A stretch of 57,955 nucleotides of DNA, the filler included, from Dugesia japonica (Eukaryota): the NCBI GenBank assembly GCA_001938525.1. It is 6 parts of 6 records of this genome, joined end to end, with 100 filler letters (N's around TTAATTAATTAA, not from the genome) between each part and the next. Parts side by side here need not be neighbours in the genome. Positions count along the whole stretch, not along the records: positions 17,736 to 27,262 come from MQRL01599133.1; positions 27,363 to 39,334 come from MQRL01635366.1; 4 more parts are not named here. One strand, given 5' to 3'. The notes below the pieces were generated by a model. That model was not told where the DNA came from, made no database searches, and saw only the letters and a program-made list of their open reading frames with translations. Shown here piece after piece: positions 21,377 to 34,650 of the stretch. Every line of letters begins with the position of its first letter. The first letter of the stretch is position 1. Made by a program: the position numbers and the translations under genes.

Positions 21377-23783
21377 ATGAATATTCATAATATTTCTTTT
21401 TATTTGTTCTACATATTGATCAGAATTCTTTGCGATGTTCGTTTCGCTCCTTCCAGCATTCCACATATTGATTTTCGGTTTCCTCCTAAATACTATTTCA
21501 TACAGAGTGTACTTAGTCGTTTTTTGTGTTGTTGTTCGTAATCCATATTCTATTATTGGTAGCACCGTACTCCAATCTTGAATTCGCCTGTCTTCTAGTA
21601 CTGAACTAATCATAGGTTTCGCAATTCTAAATAATCTTTCTACTAATCTGTTTCCTTGAGAGTAATATGGAGATGAAAATGTTTTCACGATTCCCAATTG
21701 CCTACAATATTTCTGAAATGCACCTGAACTAAAAAACTACCACAATCCGAGTGAATTCGACTAGGATTTCCAAACTTGGATATCCAATGTATCCAAAGAG
21801 CTTCACATATGTCTTCAGTTGTTATTGTTCGTAATGTAATCAAACATATAAACTTTGAAAAATAATCCACAATTCCAAGAATATATTTATAACTATATTG
21901 CGTTGGTTTAAATGGTCCTGTAATATCTATTGCAATGCATTGAAATGGTTCTTTTTCGGATATATTCTGTAATGGTGCTTTAATTCTTCCGTCAATATAT
22001 TTATGCGCGATACACTGTTTACATTTTAATAGTTGTTCTCTTATATTTTTATCTATACACGGTCAATAATACTCATTTTTGATAACTTCTGTTGTTTTCT
22101 CTACTCCTGGATGACCCAATAACTTATGGTATTTCCCATTTAAATGCTTGATAATCTGTTCGTACCACAAATTGTGATCCCATTAAATAGTGCTTAAACT
22201 TGAGGACTAACACATATATTGCCAGCAGCTCTTTTCTTGTAATGCAGTACTCTTTCTGACTTTTTGTTAGTATCTTCAATGCATAGTATAATACTCGTTC
22301 CTCGCTATCTTGTACTTGCGAACGTACAACACTAATTGCGCTGTAAGAAGCATCTGTATCCAAGATATATTTTCCATCCTTTGTTAGTAAAGCTAGCACT
22401 GATGGTTCTGTCAACCTTTTACGTAGCTTGTAAAAATATTCTTTATTTTCATCTGTCCACTGAAATTTGTTTTCTTTCTTTAGCATCAAACTAAGAGGTT
22501 CTGATAAATTTACATAATTCTTTATGAATCGCCTATAATAATTACAAAACCCTAAAAATGTTTGAAGTTCTTTTCGACATTGAGGAATCTCCCATTTTTT
22601 GGATTGCTATAAATCTTATAAAAATCTGTTGCAATTCCATTTTTAGTTATTATATGTTCGAGATATTGTATTTTTCATGTAAAAATTTACATTTATTTGG
22701 CGCTAATTTAAGTCCAGCTTCTTTCATTATGCTATTCTACAGTTTTACCGAATATTAAAATATCGTCTAAATATATTACGAACTTTTTCAAATTTTCATT
22801 TCTCAATACAATATTCATAAGCTGCTGAAATGTCGCTGATGCTGAGCATAATCCAAACGGCATTCTAGTAAATTCGTATTGTCCAAACTTTGTACTGAAT
22901 GCTGTTTTTTCCAGATTTTTTTTAGCTATCNATACTTGGTTATATCCACTTGAAAGTCTAGAGTTGAAAAATAGTTAGCTCCAGCAATACTGTCAAATAT
23001 TTCCTCTGGTGATGGTATTGGAGATATTAGTCGGTTTGTTTTAGCATTCAGTGCCATATAGTCAACACACATACGGTCATCACCGTTTTTCTTTATCACC
23101 ACTAAAATAGGAAAGTTCCATAGAGAAGTACTCGGCTTTACAACACCAGCATCTATAAAATCTTTTACCACATGTTCTACTTCTTCCTCGAGTCATTTTG
23201 GTATTCTTCGTGTTTTGAAAGCAATTGGTCTGCTATCGGTTGTTTCTATTTGATTTTCAATCATATCAGTCTTATCCACATCCATCTTTTATCGACTAAA
23301 TACATCTTTATTCCTTTCAAGGATTGCTAATGTTTTGATCACAACGTAGTAATTGTTTGCAACTTCCATATCATTTTTAATTTTTTGCAGTATATTGTCT
23401 GTAATTTCTTCATCTGATCTTTGTTTTTCAGAGGCCATATGTATAAGTGATACTTTTTCAAACAATTATTCATTTTGATTAAACTCTTCTACATATCCGA
23501 GTGTAGTTCCAGTGTTTAGAGTTTTACATCCGCTTTCTAACATATATATTCTTTCCCACAAGTATCCATTATTATCTATTGTAATTCCATCTGTTACTAA
23601 ATGTTTCCGCATGGCCATTTTCTCTTTATCTCNNNNNNNNNNNNNNNNNNNNNNNNNNNNNNNNNNNNNNNNNNNNNNNNNNNNNNNNNNNNNNNNNNNN
23701 NNNNNNAAATATTCAACAATTTCATTTATATCTACGTTTTAAGATACTGCAATTCTATAACATTGATTGTTATTATAAATCTC

Positions 23784-23846
23784 ATGAGTCTCTGTTTTTC
23801 CGAATCCCGTATTACAACTCATTAACACGGTCGATTTTAGTTTTTT
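23784..23846 (-). promoter_or_regulatory. -1 programmed ribosomal frameshift signal (A_AAA_AAC plus H-type pseudoknot)
   Basis: Heptamer 23846-23840 immediately before the ORF1 stop; stem 1 CCGTGTTA/TAATACGG, stem 2 ATGAGTT/GACTCAT. Confidence 0.7.
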
Positions 23847-26800
23847 ATTGACTCAGGTAGAACTGTTTTTGAAATAAATGGAATTTTAACATTCTGTATT
23901 ATTATTCTATCATTAGCTGCATCCACCATTATTTCGTAGTTTTTCATGCTTCTTAATCCTATATATAGATGTGGAAATATTTTCGGCATAATATCAAACA
24001 CGTGNGCTGTAATTACAAATCCAATTGACATATTTAATTGTATCTTCCCCAAACATTCTTCTGCTGTACTATGCACGCATATTACTTTTGTCATAGATTT
24101 AAAAATTCTTACAACAGGGTTCTTTTTACAGAAACGGTCGGCTAATTACTGGCTTAAAACATTCAAATCAGCGCCTGTGTCAAACATTGTTTTTACTGAT
24201 ATCCTTGTAATCTGACATTCAACAATTGGTTTATTTCTTGCGTTTTCTGGCCTTGACACTGATATTAGTGTTGGTTTATATTTTATAAGTGTTTGTCTTG
24301 GTAAGGCTCCATTTCCTTCGATAAAATTGACATACTTATCTTCAAGTGACGGTTTAAAAGTTTAAATTAGTTCAGNAGATTTTTAAATACTCAATAGTTT
24401 GAGTTTGNATANATTTAAATATTATCATAATTTAAATATATCACATTCAAATAATTATACTGAATATAAGATGGCTATAATCATAATTCTTAAAATTTTT
24501 AAATTTTAACAATTTTTCAATAAAAAATTAATTTATATACTAATAAAATTTTTCTATAATAATATTTTATTAAAATTACTATTTTAAACCCATAAAAATC
24601 AAAAAACCAAAAACATATTTCAAATATTTGTTGGGTTANNNNNNNNNNNNNNNNNNNNNNNNNNAAAAAAACAAAATTATGGAATTATAGAACAGAAATA
24701 ATTAGAAAATGGCTTGTTTCAGAAGTTACATGGAAGAAATAATAAAATAAGAAATCTACCAAAAAAAATAATTTAAACATAACTTTTGAGGTGTTGGACC
24801 AGAAAATATTATTATTATCATTACTATTACGTAATTATTATTATTATACAATTACTATATAAATTCGAGAAAATGAAAATTGGGCGTAGAGGACCCAAAT
24901 TTAGAAGAAAAGAATAGCTTTTTCAATATATATGAAAGAAATAATTAAATAAATTATAAAAATACTATCCAATAATACAATGATATGTTCGAAGGGTCTC
25001 TGTGACCAATTTTATTTATTATACTAACGCTAATTAGCGTTCGATAATATTATTAATTTTTTTGCGAAAGAAAAATATTACATTTTAGCATTTTGATAAT
25101 TCTTATTTTTATGAAAGTTATCTTAATTAATTTGAAATTTAATACTCATCAACCATGTGATGATGTAAAATCAGTTTAGGTTTAACTCAGCTAATATTCC
25201 AATAAAGAATCGTTGCAAATGATTAACATATTTTATACATTGATTTTTTTAAAAGTTTTATTTAAAAATTCCATGCGAAATAACGCGATAAGGAAATTCT
25301 TGTTAGAGCTTCGGAATAGTGGACATCATCCCTGGTCCATGTTATAGAAACGGAGACGAAAATCCGATAAGTTTCAGGCCGAAGTAACGTGATGTTTGTT
25401 GTTAAATATGTTTAATAAATTAAGCAGAATATCATAAAAATTAGGTTTGTCATATTTTATTGTTAGATGAGCAAATCAAAGAAAACAAGTAGGAAAATAT
25501 ATCTAGCCTTATTACTGGCCTTATATCGACGAGCAAGGCCGCAATTATATCAAATAGACAGAAGTCCGAACGATGATAGACAAAGAAAGGAGATTCCGAA
25601 TTTGAAAGCAGTTCAGGAATAGATTTCCTTACAACTGACCACCCGTCTAAAATCACTCGAGTGTCAGCTGGAATGGGCACGAGACTCATTCAAGAAACAG
25701 ATAAAGAGACCAAAACGGGAGTTGTATAGTAACCCGTTGAAGATATCTGATGTATGAACTGTACATTTGTTCAATTAAGATAATGTGATATGTTTGTCAC
25801 GACTTTGTTCTATAGTTATCGGCTGAAGAGGTGGCGAACCGTCAATGAATAATAGTGACTTAATTTTAATTAATTTTCATTTTTGTTTTTGCGTCGATGG
25901 AAACTGTACAAAATTTCAGATAGTATAAAATTCGTGTTGTAAACAATAATGTTAATGGAAATAATATCATTATCTTGAAAATAATTTGTCATTTATCATA
26001 AACTAATTTTAGTGAAAAAATCTAAAGAATAAATGAATGTACAATCAGAATTAGCAACCACCCAAAAACGGTGGAAGAAAAATCAGCGTGAGTTGCGCAA
26101 CGAAATCTCAACTTTGAAAGGGTAGTTCACTAAATCTAATTCGAAATATGCCAAACTGAAAGAGAAGGAATTGGCGCTTTAACAGGGCAATCGACTCATG
26201 GCCGACGTGATCAAAATATACGCGGATCGTGAGGCCACAATGTTCAACACCCAAAAAAAATCCGGGCCAAGAAAATACGGTGGATCTGGATGGCTAAACA
26301 GGATTTATTGTGAGTGGAGAGTGTAGATGCTAATATTCTTGTGCATATAATAATAACTGTTAACCATTTCGTAAAACTATTCCATTTGCTTTGGTTATGT
26401 ATGATAATTTATTTTNTTATCGGAATTGATATTTATGAAGAAAGAGTACTGTCCTGATCTCCATATGTTTTTATAGCGTCAAAGAGTATAAGACGCGATA
26501 CCGCAAAGTCGCCTTGAATCCATGGAATGAGAGGCATGTCACAATGGTGACAAAAACGCATTGTGGTTTTTAGGTATGCTCCTAGATTTGATTATTAAAA
26601 ATAATTTGTTTTTGTTAATTTCAATATTCTAGAAACCCCACATATGTTAAAAAAGTTTTATTTTCAAATTTATTATAAGTTTGTCAATTATTTATTAAAA
26701 GTTTTTAAAAACTGATAAAATAATAAAATTTTAAATTATTTTCAAAGTTTTGAAATACAAAACTGATAAAATCCTATAAAAAACATGAAAATATATAAAA

Positions 26801-27262
26801 ACTTGAAAAATTAAAACAATTTTTTAAATCTAAAATATTTTAATCAATTTTGTCGGAAGAGCTATCTGCACATTAATGCTTAGATTATGAAATCTAATAA
26901 TTAGGGCCACATACACCATTCTCTCCCAGTAATTTTTTAATTGCTTAGNNNNNNNNNNNNNNNNNNNNNNNNNNNNNNNNNNNNNNNNNNNNNNNNNNNN
27001 NNNNNNNNNNNNNNNNNNNNNNNNNNNNNNNNNNNNNNNNNNNNTTGAACCCTTGTACAGAGATGACGGGCAGTCTCTCCAATGTATTGGCATCATACCC
27101 ATTACATTTAGATTAATAAACAAGATTAGAACACAAAAAATTGGTGTATGGGATATTATAACAAAGATATTAACAATCTTATGTGAAGTAGAAACAATTT
27201 TCAATTAATGAAGATCCTTAGCAAGTTTCAGAATCAATTTTTTAAACTTTTTCAAACCTTCA

Positions 27263-27362
27263 NNNNNNNNNNNNNNNNNNNNNNNNNNNNNNNNNNNNNN
27301 NNNNNNTTAATTAATTAANNNNNNNNNNNNNNNNNNNNNNNNNNNNNNNNNNNNNNNNNNNN
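27263..27362. other. Artificial scaffold linker
   Basis: TTAATTAATTAA at 27307-27318 between N44 runs. Confidence 0.97.
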
Positions 27363-27399
27363 GTTTATGCTTTAGTAAATTATTTCATTTATATTTTAA

Positions 27400-28090
27400 A
27401 TTAAAGCATGATGATTATAATTTCATTACATTTTTTTCAAATGTAATGATATTATTTTCAATGTTAAATTAATTATCATTATAATTTTTATTGTAATGAT
27501 TTTAAACTCATCATAATATTATCAATACATTTTTTTAAAATGTAATAATCAATTAATTTCATTACAATTTTTAATTTAATGATTTTATTTTTATTGTTAA
27601 TTTAATTATTATAACTTTTATTATAATGATTAAAACTTAACATAATATTATCAAATTAAACTTAATGTTTTTAAATTTAAAAAACTAAATGTATGATGAA
27701 TATATTTATAAGTTATAAGTAATTTATAGATTTTAATTAATTACTATGACTTTATTTATTGATTTAACTTGATGCATACAACTTTATTTATTGATTTTAA
27801 TTCAAAAGATTGGTTGATTTATTAATTTTAATTAGTGATTATGATTTATTTATTCATTATAATTATTGGTTATGACTTATTTATTGACCTATTTAAAACT
27901 CTGATTTATTTATTGATTTTAATTAATAACTATGATTGATTTAATAATTTAACTAATGAACTTAACATTTTAATGGTCTTTTTAATTGATCTAAACTTTT
28001 TAAAAGAACTTTTAATGACCTTGATCTTTTAAGAGATCTTAATCTTTTAAATGATTTTGAACTTTTAATTGACCTTGATCTTTTATAGAT
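27400..28090 (+). repeat. Degenerate AT-rich tandem repeats (about 30-bp TTTATTTATTGATTTTAATT..TATGA units and others) upstream of family-B polB
   Basis: Recurrent tttatttattga and gatctttta motifs. Confidence 0.55.
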
Positions 28091-28153
28091 AAAATTTTAC
28101 TAATCTCTATAAACAATAAAAGAATAACTTTATTTATTTAAGAAACTTTCAAA

Positions 28154-31100
28154 ATGTATACAAACTATTGTGGAAGTTCAAGTCATAACAAAGACTGTCA
28201 CGATATAATGGAAAATTACTATAGTCTTATTTATTGTGGGAAAAATATTATGTTTGTCCATACATACACAGAGTTTTATAAGGCAGATATACATCAATTG
28301 TCTCAATTTTATGAAAAGAAGAGAATAGTACTGAAGAAATTTCTCGAAGGACCTCCATGTAAGAAGTTTAAAGCAGAACCGGGAGTTATAGTCATTGAGG
28401 ATGATATTATTATCAAGAACAAACTAGTCAAACCAGAGGTTATAGTTATTGAGGATGGTATTGAGGAAGAAATGGACTGGAAAAATATCAAAATAATCGA
28501 AGAACTAAATGAAGAGGACTTTGTTGATAAAGATGATGATGCAGAAGACGTATTGCAAAAATATTTGCAAGAAGAAGAAATACAAAAAGGTGGATCCATA
28601 GACGAATCTGTTATTGAAACAGACTTGTAAAAATGTCACCAAATCTTGAAATTAGATGTTTCAAGATTTAACANNNNNNNNNNNNNNNNNNNNNNNNNNN
28701 NNNNNNNNNNNNNNNNTAAAATTATCGAAGAAATGAAGGATATAAAAATCCAGTTTGAAATTCATGTAGAAAGATCATAAAATAAAAGTTGTCATTTATC
28801 TAATAAAGCTGTACTACCTAGTGATAAGTTTTTCAAAGATGTAATTAGGGTATTAAATGAGAAGATTGTTGTAAAAAGCGAGTTAGGAAGTAGCTGGACA
28901 CTTAGTAGGATATTAGGAATAAACCTTAAATTGACTAAAATTAGCAAAATAAGTAGATTGTCAAATCGCAGTCATATTCCGACGCCTGAAAATCTTGTAA
29001 AGAAACAAGCAATTGTTAACGTCAAAAACATTGATGATAAATGTTTCATATATAGTGTTCTCGCCATTCTAAAACAAGATTAGTAGACAAAAAACATGGC
29101 GATCGTATAACACAATATAAATGGTTTATGCCAGATCTTGTTTTCAGTGAAAATGACATGCTTATGAAATTGATGAATATTCCCAAATTTGAAAAACAAA
29201 ACCCTGGATTGAGTATAAATCTACTATCATGGAATACAAACTCAAATAAAGTTGATGAAGACGAGGTTGTCATGAAACACCCAAACCTTGATATAATTCA
29301 CAGATAAAAGTTGAGGGTGAACAAAAGATAAATTTATTATTACTTAAAGATGGGGATAAATTTCATTATACTGCTATAGTTAATTTGAATAGACTTATGA
29401 ACAGAGACATTAAAAAAATGGAGTACAAATTCGATCAAAATGGTGTCCTAATTGTTTAAACGGATTCTGTGACAATATTGCATTCAAGACCTATGAATCA
29501 ATTTGTTAGAGAATACGAACAGGAACAACACTTTTTACAATGCCTGATGAAAAGGAGTTAATGTTTAGAGATTATTCAAAAACTGTGACTCCACCATATG
29601 TCATTTACGCTGATTTCGAATCAGTGCTAGAGAAAGATCTTGAACATTACTAGAAGCATCTGCCGATATCAGCAGGACCTTTGTTAGTAAATAATTTCAT
29701 TAACGAATATCATTACCATACATTTATCGGATCAGACTGTGTTTACAATTTCTTGACAATGATTGAAAAAATTACCAAGAACATTGTGTACCCTTACTAT
29801 GAAGAAAATGGCAAGAAAAAGTTAAAAAAATCACACCGGAAGAAGAAATTAAATTCAAAAAAACGACTATTTGTAATTTTTGCAAGAAAGATTTAGTAAA
29901 ACCGGTTAGAGACCATGATCATTTCACTGGTAAATATGTTAGTGCTGCATGTTTAAAATGTAATATTAGTAGAAAAATCAAATATGATTTACCAATAGTC
30001 TTTCATAATCTTAGAGGTTATGACTTGCAACATATATTGAAATATGGACTCAGTCAATTTGCACATTGGAATATCTCGTGCATACCTACTACAAGCGAGA
30101 AATTCTTATGCTTGATTGCACACTATGGAGACTTAAATATAAAGTTTATCGATTCAAATCAGTTTATTAATAGTTCATTAGATGCAGCTGTTAAAACAAT
30201 TTAATCACTCCATTAACATCCAAGGAGTTTAATGACAACAGAATCATCAAATCAAAGGGAAATTTCCCATATAATTTTGTTACTAGCCTCACAGTGTTGG
30301 AAGAAACTGAATGTATGCCACCAATATGGAATGGTGTCATCAAAGAATCGTATCAGAAGACTCTGGAAATGTGGACTATTACTAGATTACATGATGATTT
30401 ATCTAAAACTAGATGTATTACTTCTAGCCGACTTTTTTCAACAATTTCAAACCAAGTCGCTAGGACACAATGGACTAAAACCGCTAACATTCTTTGAAAT
30501 TCCAGGCATGAGCGGGGCATTAGCATTGATGATCCTAAAGGATCCCATCGAATTGCTTACAGATAATGATATGTTCACATTTTTCGAGGGAGGAATCAGA
30601 GGTGGACTTACATTTGTTAACAAACCTAATTTAAAATCGGTCGAAGACACTGATCTTTTGTACATCTATATAAATAACTTATATGAATGGGCATTAAGCC
30701 AGAAATTATCATATATGGATTTTCAATGGATACATATATGATTAGAGCAAATATTGGAAGAGTGTAGAACATTAGATCTAGAATCATTAACATATGGTTA
30801 CACAGTAGAAGTTGACATTGAAATACCGGTCGAGTTAACCGATTATTTAAGCAATTTACCTGTTGGAGTCGAACATCAGAGCCCACCTGGAAGTAAGGTA
30901 AAGAAGCTGTTATTAACACATAATACCAAACTTAATTATGTTGTACATTGGCGATTATTACAACTGTACATGCAACTAGGTGTTAGTATTGCTAAAATAC
31001 ATAGAGCTGTAAAGTTCACACAAGATTATATTTTCAAGAAGTATATAGATGAAAATACTGATCTAAGATCTAAAAGAACATCAGACCTAGATAAGAATTA

Positions 31101-31856
31101 TTATAAGCTTTTAAACAAAAGCTTGTATGNAAAAACAGTAGAAAATCTAAATAAAAGGATGAATCTTAGACTGTGAAATTCAGAGAAAAAGCCTATTACA
31201 TACGCTTCGAAGCCAGGCTTTAGGAAAACAATTAAAATAGATCAGGATTTAATTGNGGTATTGTTGAATATGGATAAAGTTTGTCTCAATCTTCCTAGTT
31301 ATATTGGTCAAACAGTGTTGGACTTGATTAAGTTAAGAATGTATCAGTTAAAATACACCTAACTTGAGAAATATAGGACAGATGAAAATTTTATCATAAA
31401 TATATTGGGAGGAGATACCGACCGCTATTTCCTGGAGGTTAAAGGTATTAGATTGNAAAGATTGTTAAAACTGATGGTTCAGGATGAGTTGTTGGACACT
31501 TCAAATTATGATGCAAAACACCCGCTTTACAACAACAACCTAAATTCAGTAGTAGGGAAATTCAAAGACGAAAGCAAGGGTAAAAGATACAAAGAATGAG
31601 TTTTTCTGAGACCAAAATGTTACAGTCTCCCTAGTGAAAAGACCAGCATGAAGGCTAAGGGGATAGCATTAAAAGATACCGATTTAACACACTAGTCGTG
31701 TCTAGATTGTTACAATAACAATCAATCGATCTCAGTTGAAAAATTTAGGATAGGTACAATAAACCACTAATTGTTTAGTTTTAAGAGATCAAAAATAGCA
31801 TTAACCAACAATGATGATAAGAGAGAATGAACAAACGAAAACACAAGTACCTACTA
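28154..31856 (+). pseudogene. polB: Full-length decayed pPolB, Polinton family B
   Basis: Leader (28154-28630), ELGSSWTL (TP), AIVNVKNIDDKCFIYSVL (vOTU), YADFES, RDHDHFTGKYVSAACLKCN, FHNLRGYD, YLKLDVLLLAD, EGGIRGG, INNLYEWA, YKLLNKSLYxKTVEN, GGDTD, GKFKDE, LRPKCYS; many stops and frameshifts. Confidence 0.92.
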
Positions 31857-32186
31857 ATTTTTATTTCCGACTTCAACTTAAATATCATTTAATTCAACAA
31901 AGGAACATTTGCATCACCAACAATTTTAGGTTCGCCTATATTACTTTAGTTGAACATTTGACAATGATTAGTTATTATTTTTGGGTTTCTAATTCCTTTC
32001 GATATTTCTTTTTTGTGAACTATATTTATATTACTTTATGTATATGTTTGACTACATAATCGAAATGTTTTTCTCAGGATTCTTTCAAAGGTGACTCTTA
32101 ATATGTGTTTCCAGTGAAAATTTAAATGATTCATTTTTCTTTAAAATAAAAGTTTTGAATCTACAATAACTCTAAATTACCCATTT

Positions 32187-32523
32187 TTATAATAAATTTA
32201 TCAATCCTAATATTGCTAATGCTATTGGTAATAATACAGCAATGAATCTACCCTTTTGTTTATAGATTATTTTTCTCATTCATTTTTTATTCCTATTTTT
32301 AATAATTAAATGCAACGGCCTTTTATGATGTTGCAAAATAAACATTTTATTTTGGTTAAGAATTACATTTACTCGAAAAATATTTACAAAAACCTCTAAA
32401 AAAACATAAATAACAAACTTTGGAAATGACTGTAACATTTTTATTATAGACTTTTGTGGAGCCTTAACTTATAATTTAAAATAAGGAAGACTTTGTAGAA
32501 AGAAAAGATTATTGTTTTACCAT
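32187..32523 (-). pseudogene. Polinton basic core protein (QxGGF-type) relic
   Basis: ...LQSFPKFVIYVFLEVFVNIFRVNVILN...HHKRPLHLIIKNRNKK*MRKIIYKQKGRFIAVLLPIALAILGLINLL*; resembles Polinton core proteins ending in QKGGFLxxLLP. Confidence 0.65.
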
Positions 32524-33324
32524 AATTTTATCATACCAATGATTAATATTCGGTTGCTTAAGTGAGTAAACCATGCGCAAAATCAGCAGCGTCACTTCAC
32601 AAATATCAAGAGAATAGCGATGATAAGAAAATTACCTGGGTGCTATACCAATTGGATAAACGCTCTTGGGAAGCTCAGATTGCTGCAGAAAAGTCAAGAA
32701 TCGCCAAAATAAGAGAATTCTGAGAGAAAACTGCATAATCTCATGACCAAGAACGGGCCTNGAAGGCTCAGCTTGAAACCTTTCCGGAATTGTTAGAACA
32801 GTCACATAAACGCAAAAATTGCCTCATCAAAGAGTAGTGAGATAGTGGCGCATGGGCACAATTTTTTAATAAGTTATCGCGTACCCCCCTCCCCCGGGAG
32901 GCACAAAAACACATTACGCAGGTGCGGCGTTTTTTTACATAATTTTTGTGCTTGTTTTTTTTCTAAGATTTTTGGGATCAAATTTTTTAGTTAGAATCAA
33001 ATTCTTTTTGATTGGATCAGTTATTTTGATCCTGGGGTGTGTGTATTTTTAAATTTTAAATTTTGTGTGTGTTTGGTGGTTTTTAATTTTAACATGTAAA
33101 TATTGCGCAGAATCACCTCTTCGACATTTTTAATAGATATATTTTTATCGTGTAAATATCACAAAGACTCCCCTCTGTGAAGTTTTTTTATAGATATATT
33201 TTAGACTGGCCAATATGTTGCAATAATATCAAAAAATATCAAGAAGATCTCCACATTTTAATACTGAATGCAACACAGATACACTGAAAATAAAATTGTG
33301 ACGTCATAACCACTAAACAGAAAA

Positions 33325-33705
33325 ATTTCAAATAAATCTTATAAAATCTGATAATTAATTCTCTTTCCACACATATCAACCTCCACCTCCCGAAAAAAAT
33401 TTTAACACACTTATACTACTTACAAAATAAACCAGTCAAATTCAAGCCCATAAAATAAAATATCGAAGCACATTCGACAACCACCATTTTTCCAATCAGA
33501 TTACCTCTCCAAAAACCCATTAACCATTTAATTCCATCAACCACATACAAACCTACAGCCTCCCTAAAAACCACCCACGATAACTTATACGACTGTGTCC
33601 ATGTGCCACTACTCTTGTAGCGAAAACCATTTAGACCTACTTTTAAAAACCACCATAGCAACCCAAACACATACAAAATTTAAAATATAAAAATACACAC
33701 ACACA
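33325..33705 (+). repeat. Direct repeat of subterminal region 36484-36985
   Basis: Shared AAATTTCAAATAAATCTT..GATAATTAATT..CTTTCCACACATA, CACACTTATACTACTTACAAAA, AAATTCAAGCCC, CACGATAACT. Confidence 0.8.
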
Positions 33706-34226
33706 AGTTGATACTATCCAGAATCTACAAGAATGGTTTAATTCTGACTACGCTGCCCTATTTGATTTCGATGAAGAAGCTTCGCCTGTGTTTTAAAGTT
33801 ATTCTGTAAATAAAAAACTTCAATCTTGTTGAGTCTCTCTAACTCACCAAGTAAAATTGTAAGGGGTAAAAATTGTAATAAAAATGACAATGAACCCGAA
33901 CCAAAACTATGCAGGTATGCACTGGGACTATGGGTTACGAGTCACTGACCCTTTATTAAAAATTTAGCATGCACGCTTGATCAAATTTTTAGCATGGTTC
34001 TACTGAACGATTATACTGGTTTTTCAACATACAGAGTTATACATACAATCATAGTCACAAAATGTAACATACAATTTATGCAATTTTTATTTGAATTTTC
34101 CAAAAACTAATTGATTCTTTCAGATGTTTATTAGCATACAAATACGATAACGAAATTTTCTTGTTACTAAACATTCGGATCTTCCAAATATTTAATTACA
34201 CACAAACTTATGCCTTATTTACAAGA

Positions 34227-34425
34227 CTATTGCATTTATTAAAAATTTATTTTAAAAAAATTAATAAAAACCAAAGTGGCGGCTAAGTTGAGTTTTAAAA
34301 ATTTCTTTTATGGCGAAAATTTATTAAAAATTCTCCGACGCATGATTTTCAGTGTATGTGTGTTGCATCTGAATTGCATCTAAGTTGCATGCCTGTTGCA
34401 TTTATTAAAAAAATCAATAAGAATT
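34227..34425 (+). repeat. Left arm of a ~200-bp inverted repeat flanking the TBP-like gene
   Basis: Reverse complement of 35601-35802 with high identity. Confidence 0.9.
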
Positions 34426-34650
34426 CCCAGGCATGCAATTTTTAATGAAAATCTCATTACCGATGCAATTTTTAATAATAAATCTCAATAGTGTTGTAAT
34501 TTTTAATAAAAAATCTCAATAGCTGAGAACATTTCTTAGAACAAAGTGATAGAGGCATAGATNTGTTTTCATAAAAATCATAAATTCATGGCGTATTAAT
34601 ATTTTTTTGTACTTGAATTGTAAAGGTTTTGCATTCGTGTTGCGAATTTT

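Larger units (their letters stand above)
20720..24445 (-). mobile_element. Degenerate Ty3/Gypsy LTR retrotransposon
   Basis: Protease MFDTGAD (~24170-24187), RT (SLWNFPILVV, RMCVDY, YLDD ~22765), RNase H (LDTDAS, ITRKELLA), integrase HHCC and core (IHSDCG, QGNRLVER). PPT AAAGGGAGGAA at 20810-20800; matching LTR starts TGTGATAT at 24445 and 20799. Many stops and frameshifts. Confidence 0.93.

Noticed and set aside
25823-25843. CTGAAGA..GAA hammerhead-like string (similar strings at 48654 and 53115)
   Set aside because: No pairing stem II or stem I, or no complete GAAA core.
25450-26580. GC-richer segments resembling decayed coding sequence (coiled-coil-like at 26033-26326)
   Set aside because: Multiple stops in all plausible frames and no recognisable family.
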